Below are positions 62,542 to 64,000 of a stretch of 64,000 nt of DNA, piece after piece. The notes beneath the pieces were generated by a model. The model did no database searches. It was not told the DNA's origin and saw nothing but the letters and a program-made list of their open reading frames with translations. The position numbers and the translations under genes are program-made. Origin of the DNA: an uncultured Planctomycetota bacterium. Lineage in GTDB: Bacteria > Planctomycetota > PLA2 > JAEUHO01. The DNA lies in NCBI GenBank assembly GCA_963752285.1, contig CAVVXN010000001.1, positions 672,001-736,000 of the forward strand, read 5' to 3'. Each line of letters starts with the position of its first letter. The stretch's first letter is position 1.

Positions 62542-64000
62542 GTGACCGATCCCGCGCCCGACGTCCTCCCGCCGCTCCGCCCGCCCTCCCCGCCCGAGGG
62601 CGCGGGCGACCCCGCGGCGCTCGTCCGCCGGCTCCCGCCGGTGAACGACGTGCTCGGGGCCCTCTCCCCCGACGACCTCCGGTACGCGCCGCGCGAGGAG
62701 TGGGTGGAGGACGTGCGCCAGGCGCTCGCCGAAGTCCGCGCCCGCGTGCTCGGCGGCGAGATGGGGCCGTTCCGACTCGAGCGCGCGGCGGCGACGGGCG
62801 CGGTCCTCGAGTCGGCCCGCCGGCGCATCGCGCGTCGCCGTGACCCCGGGCTCGTGCGCGTCGTCAACGCGACCGGCGTCGTGCTGCACACGAACCTCGG
62901 CCGCGCGGCGCTTCCCGAGGCCGCGCTGGTGGCGCTGGCCGAGCACGGTCGCGGGTACCAGCTGCTGGCGGCCGATCGCGAAACGGGCGAGCGCGCGCCG
63001 CGCGAGCGGCACCTCGAGACGCTGCTCGCGCGTCTCACGGGCGCCGAGGCGGCCACGGTCGTGAACAACAACGCGGCCGCGACGATGGTCGTGCTCGCCG
63101 CGCTCGCGCGGGACCGCGAGGTGATCGTCTCGCGCGGGCAGCTCGTCGAGATCGGCGGCGCGTACCGGATCCCCGAGGTGATGGCGCAGTCGGGCGCGAG
63201 GCTTCGCGAGGTCGGCACGACGAACCGTACGCACCTCAAGGACTACGAGAACGCGATCTCGGACGCCACCGGGCTCCTGCTCCGCGTCCACACGTCGAAC
63301 TACCGCGTCGAGGGCTTCACGACGGACGTGTCGCTCGCCGACCTCGTCGCGCTCGGGAAGGCCTACGGCGTGCCCGTCGCGGACGACCTCGGCAGCGGCG
63401 CGCTCGTCTCGCTGGCCGCCCACGGCCTGCCGGGCGACGAGCCGCTCGTGCGGGAGAGCGTGGCCGCGGGCGCCGACCTCGTGACGGCGTCGGGCGACAA
63501 GCTGATCGGCGGGCCGCAGATGGGCATCGTCGTCGGCACGCGCGAGAGCGTGGCGCGCGTGCGCGCGCATCCCTTCTATCGCGCGATCCGTTGCGACAAG
63601 CTGTCGCTCGTCGCGATGGAGGCGACGCTGAGGCTCTTCCTCGACGAGGCGAGCCTCGCCCGGGTCCACCCGACGACGCGTGCGCTCGTGCTCTCGGTCG
63701 AGGCCCTGGAGGCGCGCGCGCGCTCGCTCGCGGCGCGCCTCGGTACGCTCGGCGCCGCGCGCGCGTACGAGATCGGCGTCGAGGTCGTGGACGACGCCGT
63801 CGGCGCCGGCTCGCTGCCGACCGAGCGCCTGCCGGGCCGCGCCGTCGTCCTGAGGGCCCGCGAGCGCGAGGCGGGCGAGGTGGCCCGACGCCTCCGCGCG
63901 GCGCCCGTTCCCGTCTTCACGACCGTGCGCGACGGAGGCGTGCGGTTCCACGTGCGGACGCTGCTCGACCGTGACGAAGACGACGTCGTCGCGGCGGTCG
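62542..64000 (+). CDS. selA: L-seryl-tRNA(Sec) selenium transferase, partial (runs off window end)
   Basis: Read manually: VVNATGVVLHTNLGRA, VNNNAAA, SRGQLVEIGG.YRIP, EVGTTNRT, DDLGSG, SGDKLIGGPQ. Confidence 0.96.
   Translation, partial: MTDPAPDVLPPLRPPSPPEGAGDPAALVRRLPPVNDVLGALSPDDLRYAPREEWVEDVRQALAEVRARVLGGEMGPFRLERAAATGAVLESARRRIARRRDPGLVRVVNATGVVLHTNLGRAALPEAALVALAEHGRGYQLLAADRETGERAPRERHLETLLARLTGAEAATVVNNNAAATMVVLAALARDREVIVSRGQLVEIGGAYRIPEVMAQSGARLREVGTTNRTHLKDYENAISDATGLLLRVHTSNYRVEGFTTDVSLADLVALGKAYGVPVADDLGSGALVSLAAHGLPGDEPLVRESVAAGADLVTASGDKLIGGPQMGIVVGTRESVARVRAHPFYRAIRCDKLSLVAMEATLRLFLDEASLARVHPTTRALVLSVEALEARARSLAARLGTLGAARAYEIGVEVVDDAVGAGSLPTERLPGRAVVLRAREREAGEVARRLRAAPVPVFTTVRDGGVRFHVRTLLDRDEDDVVAAV

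Noticed and set aside
258..63974. Many long Arg/Pro/Ala-rich ORFs in the track (e.g. 258-1775, 9137-11872, 48221-51646, 59412-63239) and long N-terminal extensions of real genes
   Set aside because: Shadow frames caused by stop-codon scarcity at high GC; they overlap well-supported genes and lack motifs.

Overview
Very GC-rich (roughly 75%, estimated by eye), gene-dense bacterial chromosomal segment from a diderm (lpxK present). A Planctomycetota-like lineage is inferred from a bL37-like peptide, a prenyltransferase-barrel protein, FG-GAP proteins and an FGE-sulfatase protein. About 50 CDS are supported, including proS, lpxK, icd, hutU/hutI, metB-like, trmB, mutS, partial selA, a heterodimeric ABC exporter and three GT4 glycosyltransferases. 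There are two tRNAs (Val-TAC and initiator fMet-CAT). No integrase, transposase, cas or reverse transcriptase gene was seen. The best candidate for an undescribed system is a five-gene minus-strand cluster at 44744-51598: a transmembrane DUF4388/TPR/PEGA/beta-propeller protein, a TPR-roadblock fusion, an MglC-like roadblock, an MglA GTPase with a C-terminal membrane anchor, and MglB. Other highlights: an archaeal-type topoisomerase VI operon; a 22-bp inverted-repeat element followed by a 46-bp palindromic tandem array beside a gene end with anomalous codons; frequent leaderless-type promoters; a candidate intergenic ncRNA; two small proteins not called as their own ORFs in the track; an initiator tRNA with an A29:U41 pair; two +1 frameshifts in the GT4 cluster. 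Family assignments come from motif recognition by eye; no database searches were run.
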